Under the pieces are notes generated by a model. The model did no database searches. It saw only the letters and a list, made by a program, of their open reading frames with translations, and had not been told where the DNA came from. Position numbers and translations under genes: made by a program. From Selaginella moellendorffii (taxonomy: Eukaryota > Plantae > Lycopodiophyta): a stretch of DNA of 64,000 bases. The stretch lies in assembly GCF_000143415.4 (NCBI RefSeq), contig NW_003314311.1, positions 478,181 to 542,180 on the forward strand, in the 5' to 3' direction. This document shows, piece by piece, positions 13,185 to 24,899 of the stretch (position 1 is the stretch's first letter; every line of letters starts with the position of its first letter).

Positions 13185-15715
13185 TGTGAGGTCCAAGTGT
13201 ACAACTACAATGCTGTATACTAATATTAGCATACTATGATTTTGATAGCTATCAAATTGGTTTCAATCTGGACCACTATATATAAATTGGGGTTTTTGGG
13301 CTAATTGATATGCACATTTTTGTATTGTATTTCCATATTCCATGCACTTATATTAGTGGAGTTGAAGGGTAGCTTTGATTGTCCCTGAAGAGTGCTAGGA
13401 TTTGGGATTTTAATTTAAATTTAGCCTTTTCATTATCCAAATCTCCTTTTTCTTATGGTTTTTTCCAACTTTTTCTCTTTTGCTCTTTCTTTTTGTTCAT
13501 CTTCATGGAAGAGTAGCAGCCTCCTCCTCCTCTAACTCTGGAGTAACAATTGGTGCAATTGTTTGATGCTATGCAGTTATAATTGAACAATTAAACTTAG
13601 TTGATGGTGGCATTCATGACATGTGATATAGCTCCTCTTACTTTTGCTGCTAATTTTTGAGTTTAGCTAAAGTTCTTCTATGGGAATCTTAGGGATGATG
13701 TGTACCATTGAATCGATCACTTCTTAATGATTACCACATATTATTCTTGGGATGATGCTTGGGGTTTGTATGAATTTCCCACGTGTCTCTAAGGGACAGC
13801 GTTGCAATGATACAATGGTTTAAGTGTAGCCATTTGTGAGGATTGGAGTATTTTCCCAAATGTCTTCAAACATGCATTTGAACATGCTAATGATTATAAT
13901 AATGCCTTTCAATAATTGCATCATTTTCATTAAGAGCCATTTGAATTTGTGATGCAATTTAGTGTTTCATGTGGAGCTAAATATATCGGAGCGGATCAAG
14001 TTGAGTATGTTGTAGCTAGCACTTCGTCAAGATCTTATAGGACTTGTACATGCACTTGCTTTAGCCACCATTGATAATGCTCTTCACTTGGCACAATGTC
14101 ATAAGATTCACTTTTTCCACTTCTCATTGCACATTTTTTAGCTCCACTCTTTGTGGGAGATGGTTTTGTTCCAATGGAGGTTGATATTGCTACTACCGAA
14201 GTTCAAGGACAAGGGTGAGGACATGGTTATGGCCGTAATGTCTACTGTTAGGTGTGTGATGAAGTTGGTCATACTTATCAACATTGTGGGCGTTTTCTAG
14301 ATTAGCAATTTCTATTTCCTGGGTGGAGACTTTGGTATTAATAGTGTTCTATTAATGCTACTACAGTAAAAGGTTTGGACACCAAGATGCTTCCGAGAAA
14401 CAAGGAGTCACACAAATACCAAAGGGACCTTGTGCGAATAAATTAATGACTCTTCCATCTTTCTTTTAGGAGTATCATCAAGGGGTTCACTCTGAACCAA
14501 TGCATCTAGTGTTTACTTTAAAATTTATTTTTATAATAAAAGATGTTTTATTTTTTTTTTCATATTGGTTGATATATGTTTGAGTTTATTTTCTATTGCT
14601 CAGCCTATTACCACATGTTGCCGTTTACATTTGTGTCGTGTGGGTAGAGCTAGTTTGCATTCTTTACATGTGCATGAGATGAGGTAAACCTTGTTTGCTT
14701 GATGTTGGATACTTCCTCCTTAATCAAGTGGTGTTTTAGCATTCCTATCCAAAGTGGATTCTTTCAGATAATATTCCTATATTTATAGCTGAGGCATTTT
14801 ATGTTTTGACATCTCGGTTAGGGATACACCACACTTTCATAAGTGCTTAACATTCATAGTCAAATTATTTGGTGGAATAGCTTGTTCAGACTTTCAAAGG
14901 AATGATTGCAAAGTACGTGAACTTTTAACAATTGAATTGAGATGGTTATTTGTTATCTCTTCAATATGTGTATGTCATAATGGTGTAGAGTTCTATTAGT
15001 ATTTCACCATATAAACTTCTATATGGTCATGATCCAATACTACTAATAAAGTTGGATTTACCTTTGCGATTGCCATGAGTTGCCAATGCTAGCTTGTGGA
15101 ATTAATATTTGACGAGCATTCTTCTATTTGTTTGAGTAGAGTCTGCTAAACACTTGAGCCATGTACAAGTGGGACAACAATAGCGTTATAACTCCCATCA
15201 TCATCCATATATAAAGTACAAAGTGGATGACTTAGTGTTAATTTGTTTTCCCCAACTTAGGGTACGTGGTTTATCTAAAAGCCTACTTGCTCAGTGGAAA
15301 GTACCGTATCAAGTGTAAGAACAAGTTGGATCTCAAGTTTATGAAGTTTAACATAATATCCAATAGGTCAATCCTCTAAAAATTATACATGTGTAACAAC
15401 TAAAACACTTCATACAAAAAGATCAAGAATAATTGACATCACCTACAGATCCCCCAATGCCACTTTTTAATGTCCCTCTAAATCCTAACCCATCCACAAG
15501 AGAACCTGGAAAGTCTTTTATCATTCCAAGAGGAAGGAATGATGTGAAGTCCAAGTGTACAATTACAATGCCATATATTAATATTAGTGTAGTGGGATTT
15601 TAGTAGCTATTGGATTGGTTTCAATTTAGACCATTTACTCCTACATATAAACTAGAGTTTTTGGGCTAATTAATATATATATTTCTGTATTCTATTTCCA
15701 TTCCATGTACTCACA
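13185..15715 (+). mobile_element. Degenerate, internally deleted Ty3/gypsy LTR retrotransposon (sister of 15841-20817)
   Basis: LTRs ~13185-13352 and 15543-15715, AAAT flanking both ends (4-bp TSD). Colinear with gag and the integrase 3' part of the intact copy. RT/RNaseH removed by a ~2.35-kb deletion near 14700. Many C>T/G>A stops. Confidence 0.9.
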
Positions 15716-15840
15716 AAATTCAAATTTGTATTAAAAAATAATAAATATTTTTATATACTACTAGGTGTGTTAATATATACTAATAAAATACATGAGTTTT
15801 AAATTCTTTATTAATTTCATACTTTACATAAACTAAAAAC

Positions 15841-16014
15841 TGTGAGGGCCAAGTGTACGGCTACGATGCCGTATACTAATATTAGCGTAGTGGATTTTGG
15901 TAGCCGTCGGATTGGTTTCAATCCGGACCACTCGCTCCTGTATATAAGCTAGGGTTTTTGGGCTAATTGATATGCACATTTCTGTATTCCCTTTCCATAT
16001 TCCAGGCACTCACA
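15841..16014 (+). repeat. 5' LTR (174 bp)
   Basis: TGTGAGGGCC...CACTCACA. Matches 20653-20817 apart from a 9-bp indel (gatatgcac) and two C/T differences. Confidence 0.95.
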
Positions 16015-16015
16015 T

Positions 16016-16031
16016 TGGTGGAGGAGAGGGG
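16016..16031 (+). promoter_or_regulatory. Primer-binding site, complementary to the tRNA-Ala 3' end
   Basis: TGGTGGAG starts 1 nt after the LTR and is the complement of ...CUCCACCA, the usual tRNA-Ala 3' terminus. Confidence 0.7.
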
Positions 16032-16226
16032 CACCTTTGATTGTCCCTGAGGAGTGCTTGGATTTGGGATTTTGGTTTAGATCTAGCTTTTGCATCGTCT
16101 AGATCTAGCTTTTTCCATTTCCTTTCTTTTGGTTTAGATCTAGCTTTTTGCGTTGTCTAGATCTACCATTTCCTTCTAGCTTTTTGTTATCTCTCTTCTT
16201 TTGCTCTTTCTTTTTCGTTCATCTTT

Positions 16227-17159
16227 ATGGCAGATCCGCAATCTCCTCCTTTGACTCTAGAGCAGCAGTTGGTACAATTGCTTGATGCTATGCGCTTGCA
16301 ATTGAACAACCAAACTCAGTTGATGGCAGCGTTCACGGCACGTGGTACAACTCCTCTTGCTCTTGGTGCTAATCCTCGCATTCGGCCGGAGTTCTTTCGC
16401 GGGAATCCTGGGGATGATGTGTACCATTGGTTCGATCACTTCATGGTGATTGCCACATATCATTCTTGGGATGATGCTCGACGTTTGCGTGAGTTTCCCA
16501 CGTGTCTCCAAGGGACGGCATTGCAGTGGTACAGTGGTTTGAGCGCAGCCACTCGTGGGGATTGGAGTGTTCTCCCAGACGTCTTCAAACGCGCCTTCGG
16601 ACATGCTGATGATTGTGATGATGCTTTCCAACAATTGCATTGTCTTCGCCAAGGGCCATCTGAGTCGGTGATGCAATTTGGCGTTCGTTTCCGAAGTCTT
16701 TTGCTTCATGCGAAGCCAAATATGTCGGAGTGGATCAAGCTAGGAATGTTGTGGCCAGCACTTCGTCAAGATCTTGTCGGACTTGTGCATGCACTTGCTC
16801 CTGCCACCCTTGACGATGCTCTTCGCTTGGCACAACGTTATGAGACGTCGCCTCTTCCACTTCTCGCTGCACGTCCTTCCGCTCCACTTCCTATGGGTGA
16901 TGGTCCTGTTCCAATGGAGGTTGATGCTGCTGCTGCTCGAGTCCAAGGACAAGCGCGAGGACGTGGTCGTGGTCGTGATGTTCGCTGCTGGGCGTGTGAT
17001 GAAGTTGGTCATACTTATCGGCGTTGCCGTCGTTTTCCGGATTGGCGACCTCCATTTCCTGGGTGGAGACCTTGGCGTCATCAACGTCCCGTGGGTGCTG
17101 CTGCAGTGGAAGGTTTGGACACCGAGATGCATCCGGGAAACGAGGAGTCGCGCGAGTAA
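16227..17159 (+). CDS. gag: Retrotransposon Gag (capsid plus CCHC zinc knuckle)
   Basis: 310-aa ORF: PEFFRG..WFDHF, LQGTALQWY, LRQGPSESV..F, PMEVD, CWACDEVGHTYRRC. Confidence 0.93.
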   Translation: MADPQSPPLTLEQQLVQLLDAMRLQLNNQTQLMAAFTARGTTPLALGANPRIRPEFFRGNPGDDVYHWFDHFMVIATYHSWDDARRLREFPTCLQGTALQWYSGLSAATRGDWSVLPDVFKRAFGHADDCDDAFQQLHCLRQGPSESVMQFGVRFRSLLLHAKPNMSEWIKLGMLWPALRQDLVGLVHALAPATLDDALRLAQRYETSPLPLLAARPSAPLPMGDGPVPMEVDAAAARVQGQARGRGRGRDVRCWACDEVGHTYRRCRRFPDWRPPFPGWRPWRHQRPVGAAAVEGLDTEMHPGNEESRE

Positions 17160-17198
17160 TGGAGGGACCTTGCGCGAATAAATCAGTGACCCCTCCAT
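17135..17198 (+). promoter_or_regulatory. -1 programmed ribosomal frameshift signal (slippery heptamer plus H-type pseudoknot)
   Basis: G GGA AAC at 17135-17141 in gag frame, 6-nt spacer, stem1 17148-17156/17169-17177, stem2 17159-17166/17191-17198. pol is in the -1 frame. Confidence 0.85.
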
Positions 17199-20100
17199 CT
17201 TTCTTTCGGGAGTATCATCAAGGGGTTCACTCGGCACCGGTTCATCCCGTGTTTACTTTCCAAGCTCGTTTTTATAACAAGAGGTCTCCTATTATTCTCT
17301 CCGTGTTGGTTGATACAGGTTCGAGTTTATCTTCTATTGCTCGACCTGTTACCACACGTTGTCGTCTACACTTGCGTCGTGCGGCGGAACCAGTTTTCAT
17401 TCTTTATGGCAACGGCCGTACACATGCATGTGCACGGGATAAGGTGGACCTGGTTGTGCGTGTGGGCGATCTCGAGCTTGAGTTGCAGTCGTTGCGGGTG
17501 GTGCCGAGTCAAGCTTTTGACCTCATTCTTGGTATGGATTGGTTGCAGCGCAATCATGCCAAGTGTGACTTTGAGGCTTCTCCCCTTTGTCTCATACTTC
17601 CTTATGTTTCATCCATTCCTCTCACTTCCATACCTCTTTGTCCCTCTACTTCTACCTCTGCTTCCATTACTTTTGTTCCCCCACTCTTTCCTTCTGTGTT
17701 TCCATCTTGTTCTGCTTTTCCCTTTTCCGATCCCTCCGACGATCTTTGTGTTGCAGCAGTTGACCGGCTCATGAAGGAGTATTCTGATCTCTTTGAATTT
17801 GACCTATCGTCTGGGGCCAAGATTGCCACACGTCATCCGATTCCAACCAGGGATGCTCGTCCAATCAAGGTTCCTGTTCGTCGTCGGTCACCTAAGGAGA
17901 TTAAGATTTTACGAGCCAACGTCAAGGAAATGCTGGAGAAGGGTGTTATTCGGAAGTCGCGGAGTCCTTGGGCATGTGAACCTCATTTTGTGACGAAGCC
18001 TGATGGGAGTATTCGTTTCTACATCGACTATCGTCCGTTAAACGAAGTGACGATCCCAGATGTGTATCCTCTTCCTCACACTGCTGATCTCTTAGATCGT
18101 CTGGGGCGAAGTCGTTGGTTCACCAAGCTAGATCTTGCTTCTGGGTATTGGCAAGTACCGATGGCCGAAGAAGATATTCCTAAGACTGCTTTTCGTACAC
18201 CATTTGGTTTGTACGAGTTCTTGGTGATGCCGTTTGGTTTGAACAATGCTCCCGCAACTTTCCAACGGATGATGGACGAGGTTCTTTGCGATATGCCGGA
18301 AGTGACTGCTGACTTCATTGATGATGTCTTGATCCACTCGGAGGGGACGTGGGAGGAGCACGTTCGTGATGTTTGTAAAGTGTTGGATCGGCTACGTGAT
18401 GTTGGTTTAAAGCTGAAGCGGTCAAAGTGCGTGTTTGGGTCCAAGGACACAACTTATCTTGGGTACCGTATTTCTCGTAAGGGTTTGCAAGTTGATCCTG
18501 ACATTGTGGCTGTTCTAAAGTTCCCTACTCCGAAATGTGTGAATGATGTGCAACGCTTTTTGGGTAAGGTGCAGTATCTCGGTCGTTTTGTGGATCATCT
18601 TTCCGATCGCACTACACCATTGCGAGCGTTGCTGAAGTCATTAACGTCATCTTTCATCTGGTCTCCAGATTGTGAGCGGGCGTTCGTGGATCTCAAAGAG
18701 CTATTGACGACTCCTCCGGTTTTGGCATATCCTGACTACACTCGACCTTTTATTTTGCGCGTGGATGCTTCTGACATTGGTCTTGGAGGTGTGTTGATGC
18801 AAGAGAGCTCGAGTGTGCCTGGTCAGCGCCATCCCATTGCATACATAAGCCATACATTACAACCAGCGGAGATGAACTACTCCACGATAGAGAAGGAGTG
18901 TTTAGCAGCAGTCTGGGGTTTCGAGAAACTTCATGCATATCTACATGGTTCTCGGACGTTACTTGAAAGTGACCATGCTGCTGTTACTTCATTATTGAAG
19001 CGGAAGAACCTGGTTGGTCGTACGGCTCGATGGGCTTTGAAGCTTCAAATATATGATTTCGATGTTGTTCATCGCCCAGGGAGTTCTATGGTTGATGCTG
19101 ATGCCCTTTCTCGAGCTCCTCTTCCTTTTCCACTCACTTCTCATATTTCTGACGAACCTGTTGTTCCAGCGTCTGTGGATTTTCTAGATGAGGATTCTGT
19201 GCTGTCGGCAGTTGCTGTCCTTGACGTTCAATGTCCACAGGGCGTAGAGCAAGATCTACCTTCTCTTGATGAGGTTCGCGAGGCTCAAAAAATTGAGCCA
19301 TGGATTCGAAGGCTTCGAGATGGGTTTGAGAATCCTGTATCACTTGCTGATGACTTGCCTTTCTGGCATTTACATTCTCAATATCGCCTTGAAGATGGCC
19401 TTCTTTATTTTGTGGGGACGGATCCTGATGATCATTTACGGTTGGTGGTGCCTTCGGTGTTTATTCCGCGGTTTCTCCATGCCTACCATGATTCTCCTGT
19501 TCTAGGTGGGCATATGGGACACCGTCGTGTCACCGAGAAGCTGCGCAGGTCTTTTTATTGGCCGGAGATGCGACGTGATATTATCCGGTATGTGCGTAGC
19601 TGCGTTTGGTGCCAAGCTCGTAATACTCCCCCTTGTGCTGCGGAAGGACGGTTGGAGTCAATTGCAGTTTCCCGTCCGTTTGAGTTGGTGGCGTTTGATC
19701 TTATGGGACCTTTTCCACGATCGACTACTGGCAATGAGTATGTTATTATTGCTTCTGACTACTTGACTCGTTGGGTGGAAGTTGGTGCTCTTGCTAGTGC
19801 CTTTGCAACTGCTGTTGGATACTTCCTCCTCAATCGAGTGGTGTTCCAGCATTCTTGTCCAGAGCGGATTCTTTCGGATAATGGTCCTGCATTTATGGCT
19901 GAGGTATTTCATGTTTTGACATTTTGGTTGGGGATACGCCACACTTTTACGAGTGCTTATCATCTACAATCAGATGGTCTAGTGGAACGGCTCGTTCGGA
20001 CATTCAAAGGGATGATTGCGAAGTATGTGAACTTTCAGCATTCGGATTAGGATGGTTATTTGCCATCTCTTCGGTATGCCTATGTCACAGGGGTGCAGAG

Positions 20101-20620
20101 TTCTGTTGGTGCTTCACCATATAAATTTCTATATGGTCATGATCCAATATTACCAACAGAGCTGGGTTTACCTTCGCAATTGCCACGAGCTCCTGATGCT
20201 AGGTCATGGGATCAATATTTGATAAGCATTCTTCCACTTGTCCGAGCAGAGTCTGCCGAACACTTAGACCGCATACAAGTGGGACAACAATGGCGCTACA
20301 ACTCCCATCATTGTCCACCTGCGGAGTACAAAGTGGATGATTTGGTGTTAGTCCGTTTTCCCCATCTTACGGTACGTGGTTTATCTAAGGGGCTCCTTGC
20401 GCAGTGGAAAGGACCGTATCGGGTGTTGCGGCAAGTTGGACCGCAAGTTTATGAGGTTCGGCATGACGTTCAGCAGGCCGATCCTCCGGAGATTGTGCAT
20501 GTGCAGCGGTTAAAACGCTTCATACAAAGGGATCAGGAGCAGTTAATACCGTCTACAAATCCGCCGATGCCTCCACTTGACATTCCTCCAGATCCCGGCC
20601 CATCTACAAGAGAACCCTGA
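17135..20620 (+). pseudogene. pol: Retrotransposon Pol (protease, RT, RNase H, integrase) with one in-frame TAG at 20048-20050
   Basis: VLVDTGSS (PR), YPLP..LDLASGYWQ..MPFGLNNAPATFQR..FIDD (RT), DASDIGLGGVL (RH), HDS..GH..CVWC (INT zinc finger), SDNG core, WKGPYRV. The frame continues past TAG (HSD*DGYLP, Trp expected) to TGA 20620. Confidence 0.92.
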
Positions 20621-20652
20621 CGGCCTTCCACTATTCCGAGAGGAGGGGATGA

Positions 20653-20817
20653 TGTGAGGGCCAAGTGTACGGCTACGATGCCGTATACTAATATTAGCGT
20701 AGTGGATTTTGGTAGCCGTCGGATTGGTTTCAATCCGGACCACTCGCTCTTGTATATAAGCTAGGGTTTTTGGGTTAATTATTTCTGTATTCCCTTTCCA
20801 TATTCCAGGCACTCACA
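20653..20817 (+). repeat. 3' LTR (165 bp)
   Basis: Direct repeat of 15841-16014, followed by the AAAC TSD. Confidence 0.95.
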
Positions 20818-21098
20818 AAACAAAATAATAAAATGATATAAATTATCTGTAATATGTCTTTCATACATAAAATAAAAGTTTAAATAAAATTTCACAAAGA
20901 TAAATTAAAATTTATAATTTTTATTAAAAATTTACAATCTTAACATTGTATGCATTCCCTTTCAATTATCACTACTATGAATAGCTATAGTTTTGTTTGT
21001 TTTAATTGCCTTTTACCAATGGATTCAATCTAATGAGCGTTTCTATTAGGGTTCTTATGATTGGCGCCAAACCCCGTGATGTTTCTAGGGCTTAAGGG

Positions 21099-24080
21099 AT
21101 GGATATGGCATTGCCGCCAAGAATCCGCAAGCTCGAGGAGAGCGTCGTCAACCGGATCGCGGCGGGCGAGGTGATCCAGCGCCCTGCCTCGGCTCTCAAG
21201 GAGCTCCTGGAGAATAGCCTGGACGCCGGCGCCACTGTCGTCTCGGTCATCGTCAAGGATGGGGGATTGAAGCTCATCCAGATCACGGACAATGGGCATG
21301 GGATCCGGGTATGTTGTTTGTTTGATATTCCAGAGATTTTCGAGAGTTTCCTTCTGGTAGAAAATGTAGCTTGAGATTTGTATAGCATAGTCTTGAAGAA
21401 ATGCTGTGACGATTTGGACTAGATGTGAGATGTTTTAGCGAAGTTTGCGATTGAATTTTCCTCTTCTGTTTCCTTGCAGTATGAAGACCTTCCTATACTC
21501 TGCGAGAGACACACCACCTCCAAAATCACTGCCTTTGAGGATTTGCAAAGGGTTAGCACACTGGGCTTCCGAGGGGAGGCTCTGGCGAGTATGACTTTCG
21601 TAGCTCATCTCACTGTTACTACAATGACTGAAGGCCAAACTCATGGATACAGGTGAACTTTACGCAGCTTTAAGCTCACGTTTCTCGATTTTTGGATTTC
21701 AGAGCCTCGTATAAGGACGGAGCGATGGAAGGCGATCCTCGGCCTTGCGCTGCTGTGAAAGGAACCCAAATAATGGTTCGTATGCTTTGCTAAGGGTTTT
21801 TTCTTTCTTTATTTTTTTCTTGTTCCAACTTTGTGTGTTTTGCAGGTGGAAAATCTCTTTTACAATGTCACAGCTAGAAGAAAGTCTTTCAAGAATCCAA
21901 GTGACGAGTATGCTCGCGTTGTTGACGTGATCAGCAAATACTCGATCCAAAATCCGAAAGTCGGATTTTCGTGTAAGAAGGTTCGTTTCAGTGTCGTTTT
22001 TTTGGGACGAACGATTCACATGTTTGTCATAGTTTGGTGATGCACGAGCAGACGTGCAAACTCCTGGCAACACGTCGGCGTTGGAAGCAATTCGAGCAGT
22101 CTATGGACCTGGGACCTCTCGAGAACTTATCGAAATCAAAACCTCCAAGAACGATTCCTCGGACTCTTTTGAGATGAACGGTTACATTTCGAGTGCAAAC
22201 TACAGTGCCAAGAGAACAACCATGATTCTGTTTATAAACGGTATGGACTTGATTGAATATAAAGTTTTTGACTTTGTTAGCTGCTCCATTTCAGATCGTT
22301 TGGTGGACTGTGCTCCACTGAAGAGGGCAATCGAGGTTGTGTATGCGGCTGTTCTACCAAAGGCATCAAAACCGTACATTTACATGTCTATTCGCCTTCC
22401 TTCGGAGCATGTTGATGTCAATGTTCATCCAACAAAGAAAGAGGTTTAAGAAGTTTGTTCTCGCTAAGAAGCTACTGATTATCTTTTATTTGAACAGGTG
22501 AGCTTTTTAAATCAAGAGTCGCTTATAGAAGCAATCCAAACAGCAGTCGAACAAGAACTTTTGCAGTCTAACAAGTCTCGGACGTTTTATGCTCAGGTAC
22601 GACTCTTGTTTACAAGCAAGTGACTAGAGTTGTATTGTTGTCCAGACTTCGCTTGAAGCGGCATTTCTGCCACAAGGACAGCCTAGGAGTCAAGCAGAGA
22701 GTACGTTCTCGATCTTTTCTTTCTTTCTCTTTTCTTACAATTATCAGATAAAAGCTCTCAAAAGGCACCTGTTAATAAGCTTGTGAGGACGGACTCGCAA
22801 AGCCCCGCCGGACGAATGCATGCTTTCCTTGCCAGTGGAGCGGAGCTTAAAAATGATTTAACAGCCATGCGGTAAGGCTTCCGTGTCCTATGATCTTTTG
22901 ATAGACAACTAGAGATGAAACAGGCGAATTGTAAGGCAACGACGGCACTCCAACGATACTTCTGGCTCATCTTCTGGCTCGTCTGCAGTCGAACGTATGC
23001 TTGCCGCTGTCGATACAGAGACACATTCAGGTACACAGGGAATACCACATTTGCTGGTTTTCATTTGATATTGACAGGCCTGCTCGAAATCATAAGGCAC
23101 TCTACGTTTATTGGAATGGCGGACGATGTCTTGGCGTTGATCCAACATAAGACGAGGCTTTATCTTATGAACTGCTTGACTCTGAGGTAATATATTTTTT
23201 TTTAAAGGGACGAATGCTGACAAACAAAATTCATGCTTTCAGCAAAGAGTTGATGTACCAACAGGCACTCGTCCGGCTTAGACGTCTAAATGCACTCCGG
23301 CTCAGCAATCCTGCGCCAGTGTATGACTTAATAGTCATGGCTTTGGACGAGGAGGAACAGTGTGGGAACTATCATGCTACAGATGGATCTAAGGATGGAA
23401 TAGCTCAGGTGAGTTGAAATATCTGTAACTTAATGTCCTACTGACGTGTGTTGTGCAGGTTTACTGTAACCAGATTTTAAAGCGTGCTGAGTTTTTGCGA
23501 GAGTGTTTCTCGATTGACATTGACGATAATGGGAACGTTTGCACACTTCCCTTGATCGTGGAGCAGCATACGCCGGACATGGACAGGCTCCCTCTTTTCG
23601 CCCTGCATCTTTCGAAAAGCGTATGTGATACAGGCGAACCGTATGCACTTTTAAGAAACAAAACTTTGGCAGGTCGATTGTGATGTAGAGGACGAGTGCT
23701 TTGAAGCGGTAGCAAGGGCGCTTTCGGAGTTTTACGCTCTTCACCCTCCCTTGTTACCGAGACCTTCAACCAATCCTCCGGGTAAGAGCTATGAAAACTG
23801 TTATCCTTTGTCACAGCTGTTTGCGCAGAAAGTAATGAAACCGAAATGGACGAAGATGTCGGTTTGGAAGCAGAAAGCAAATGGTCCCAGAGAGACTGGA
23901 CGATTCAGCATGTACTCTTTCCAGCCATGAAGCTGTTGCTAAAACCACCGGTAAGGATGGCGACTGACGGTACTGCACTCCAGGTACGCCATTCTCATCG
24001 CCATTCTGATGCTCAAGCGCGTTCGTCCCTGCCAGGTCGCGTGTCTAGAAAATCTGTACAAAATTTTCGAGAGGTGCTAA
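21099..24080 (+). CDS. MLH1: DNA mismatch repair protein MLH1 (MutL homologue), multi-exon
   Basis: [73 protein letters not shown], and the invariant C-terminal LYKIFERC* (TAA ends 24080). Confidence 0.97.
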
Positions 24081-24653
24081 GGTAAACTAAGTAAGAGGTT
24101 TAGAAGTTGGTCAGGGGTTCCCAGCATCTGTTTCAGTGAACATCTAAATTTTGGTTTGATTGTACTTGTGTAGTTGTCGTTTTTCCAAACAAAAACTGAT
24201 ACTTCCCATAATTGCGTAGAGAACACAGAAGCTCAAAAACTTTCTTACTGGAAATGATAAAAGAGAATAACTAATTTCGGGATATCTTAACTCATACACC
24301 ACCCTTGAAATCTGAGAGTTAAGGAGCATTCGCATTAGCTTTGGAGTTAAGGAACTTGCAAAGATGGTGTAAACTGAAAAACAGACTGATTTAGAGGAAG
24401 ACGTTTACTCCTTTTAAAATTCTGACTCTTTAAAGGATCACACAAAAGCTTGTGTTTCTTCTACTCTTTTGTTTCTTCCAGGTCCGTGGATTTGCTGGCA
24501 TCCCGAGAAGGTTCAACTTCCTGATTCTCAGGAAGACAATCCCGAGAAGTCTTCCACTTAGACTTCTCCTGTCTCTGACTAAGTGGAAGTTGAACCAGGG
24601 AGACCTCAATAAGCTCAAATTCAATCCATTTATATACATATAAAAGCAAAAAC

Positions 24654-24810
24654 TAGTGAATATACCTAAACTATGCTTGAATATTTTAAAATATTCTATC
24701 AGATCTTTATATTGCTAATTATAAATATGTTTATAATTTATAAAATTTCCTAAACACTTTTAGTATATTTTAGTTTATTCTAATATTTAAATAATTATAT
24801 AAATTATAAC
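24654..24810 (+). repeat. Dispersed AT-rich repeat, diverged copy 2
   Basis: agtgaatatacctaaactatgcttg..tgtttataatttataaaatttcctaaacactttt matches the copies at 12033 and 43302. Confidence 0.55.
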
Positions 24811-24899
24811 TTCCAACATGAATATTAAAGTATATTCTTTTGTTCTTGTTTAAAGCCCTAGAACCTACATTAGGGCTGACGCCAGGGAGCGATCGATTC

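Larger units (their letters stand above)
15841..20817 (+). mobile_element. Near-intact Ty3/gypsy LTR retrotransposon, 4977 bp, non-chromovirus
   Basis: TG..CA LTRs at 15841-16014 and 20653-20817, 4-bp TSD AAAC, PBS TGGTGGAG at 16016, polypurine tract GAGAGGAGGGGATGA before the 3' LTR, gag then PR-RT-RH-INT order. Confidence 0.97.

Noticed and set aside
16075-16180. Repeated tagatctagctttt units with short spacers
   Set aside because: Not a CRISPR array. These are simple tandem repeats in the retrotransposon 5'UTR.
17024-17134. ORF-track start of the 1008-aa pol ORF
   Set aside because: Non-ATG start overlapping gag. Pol is better explained by the -1 frameshift at 17135.
20048-20050. In-frame TAG in pol as programmed readthrough
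   Set aside because: It falls at a Trp position within integrase (..DWD..) and the sister copy has TGA there. A G>A mutation from TGG is simpler.
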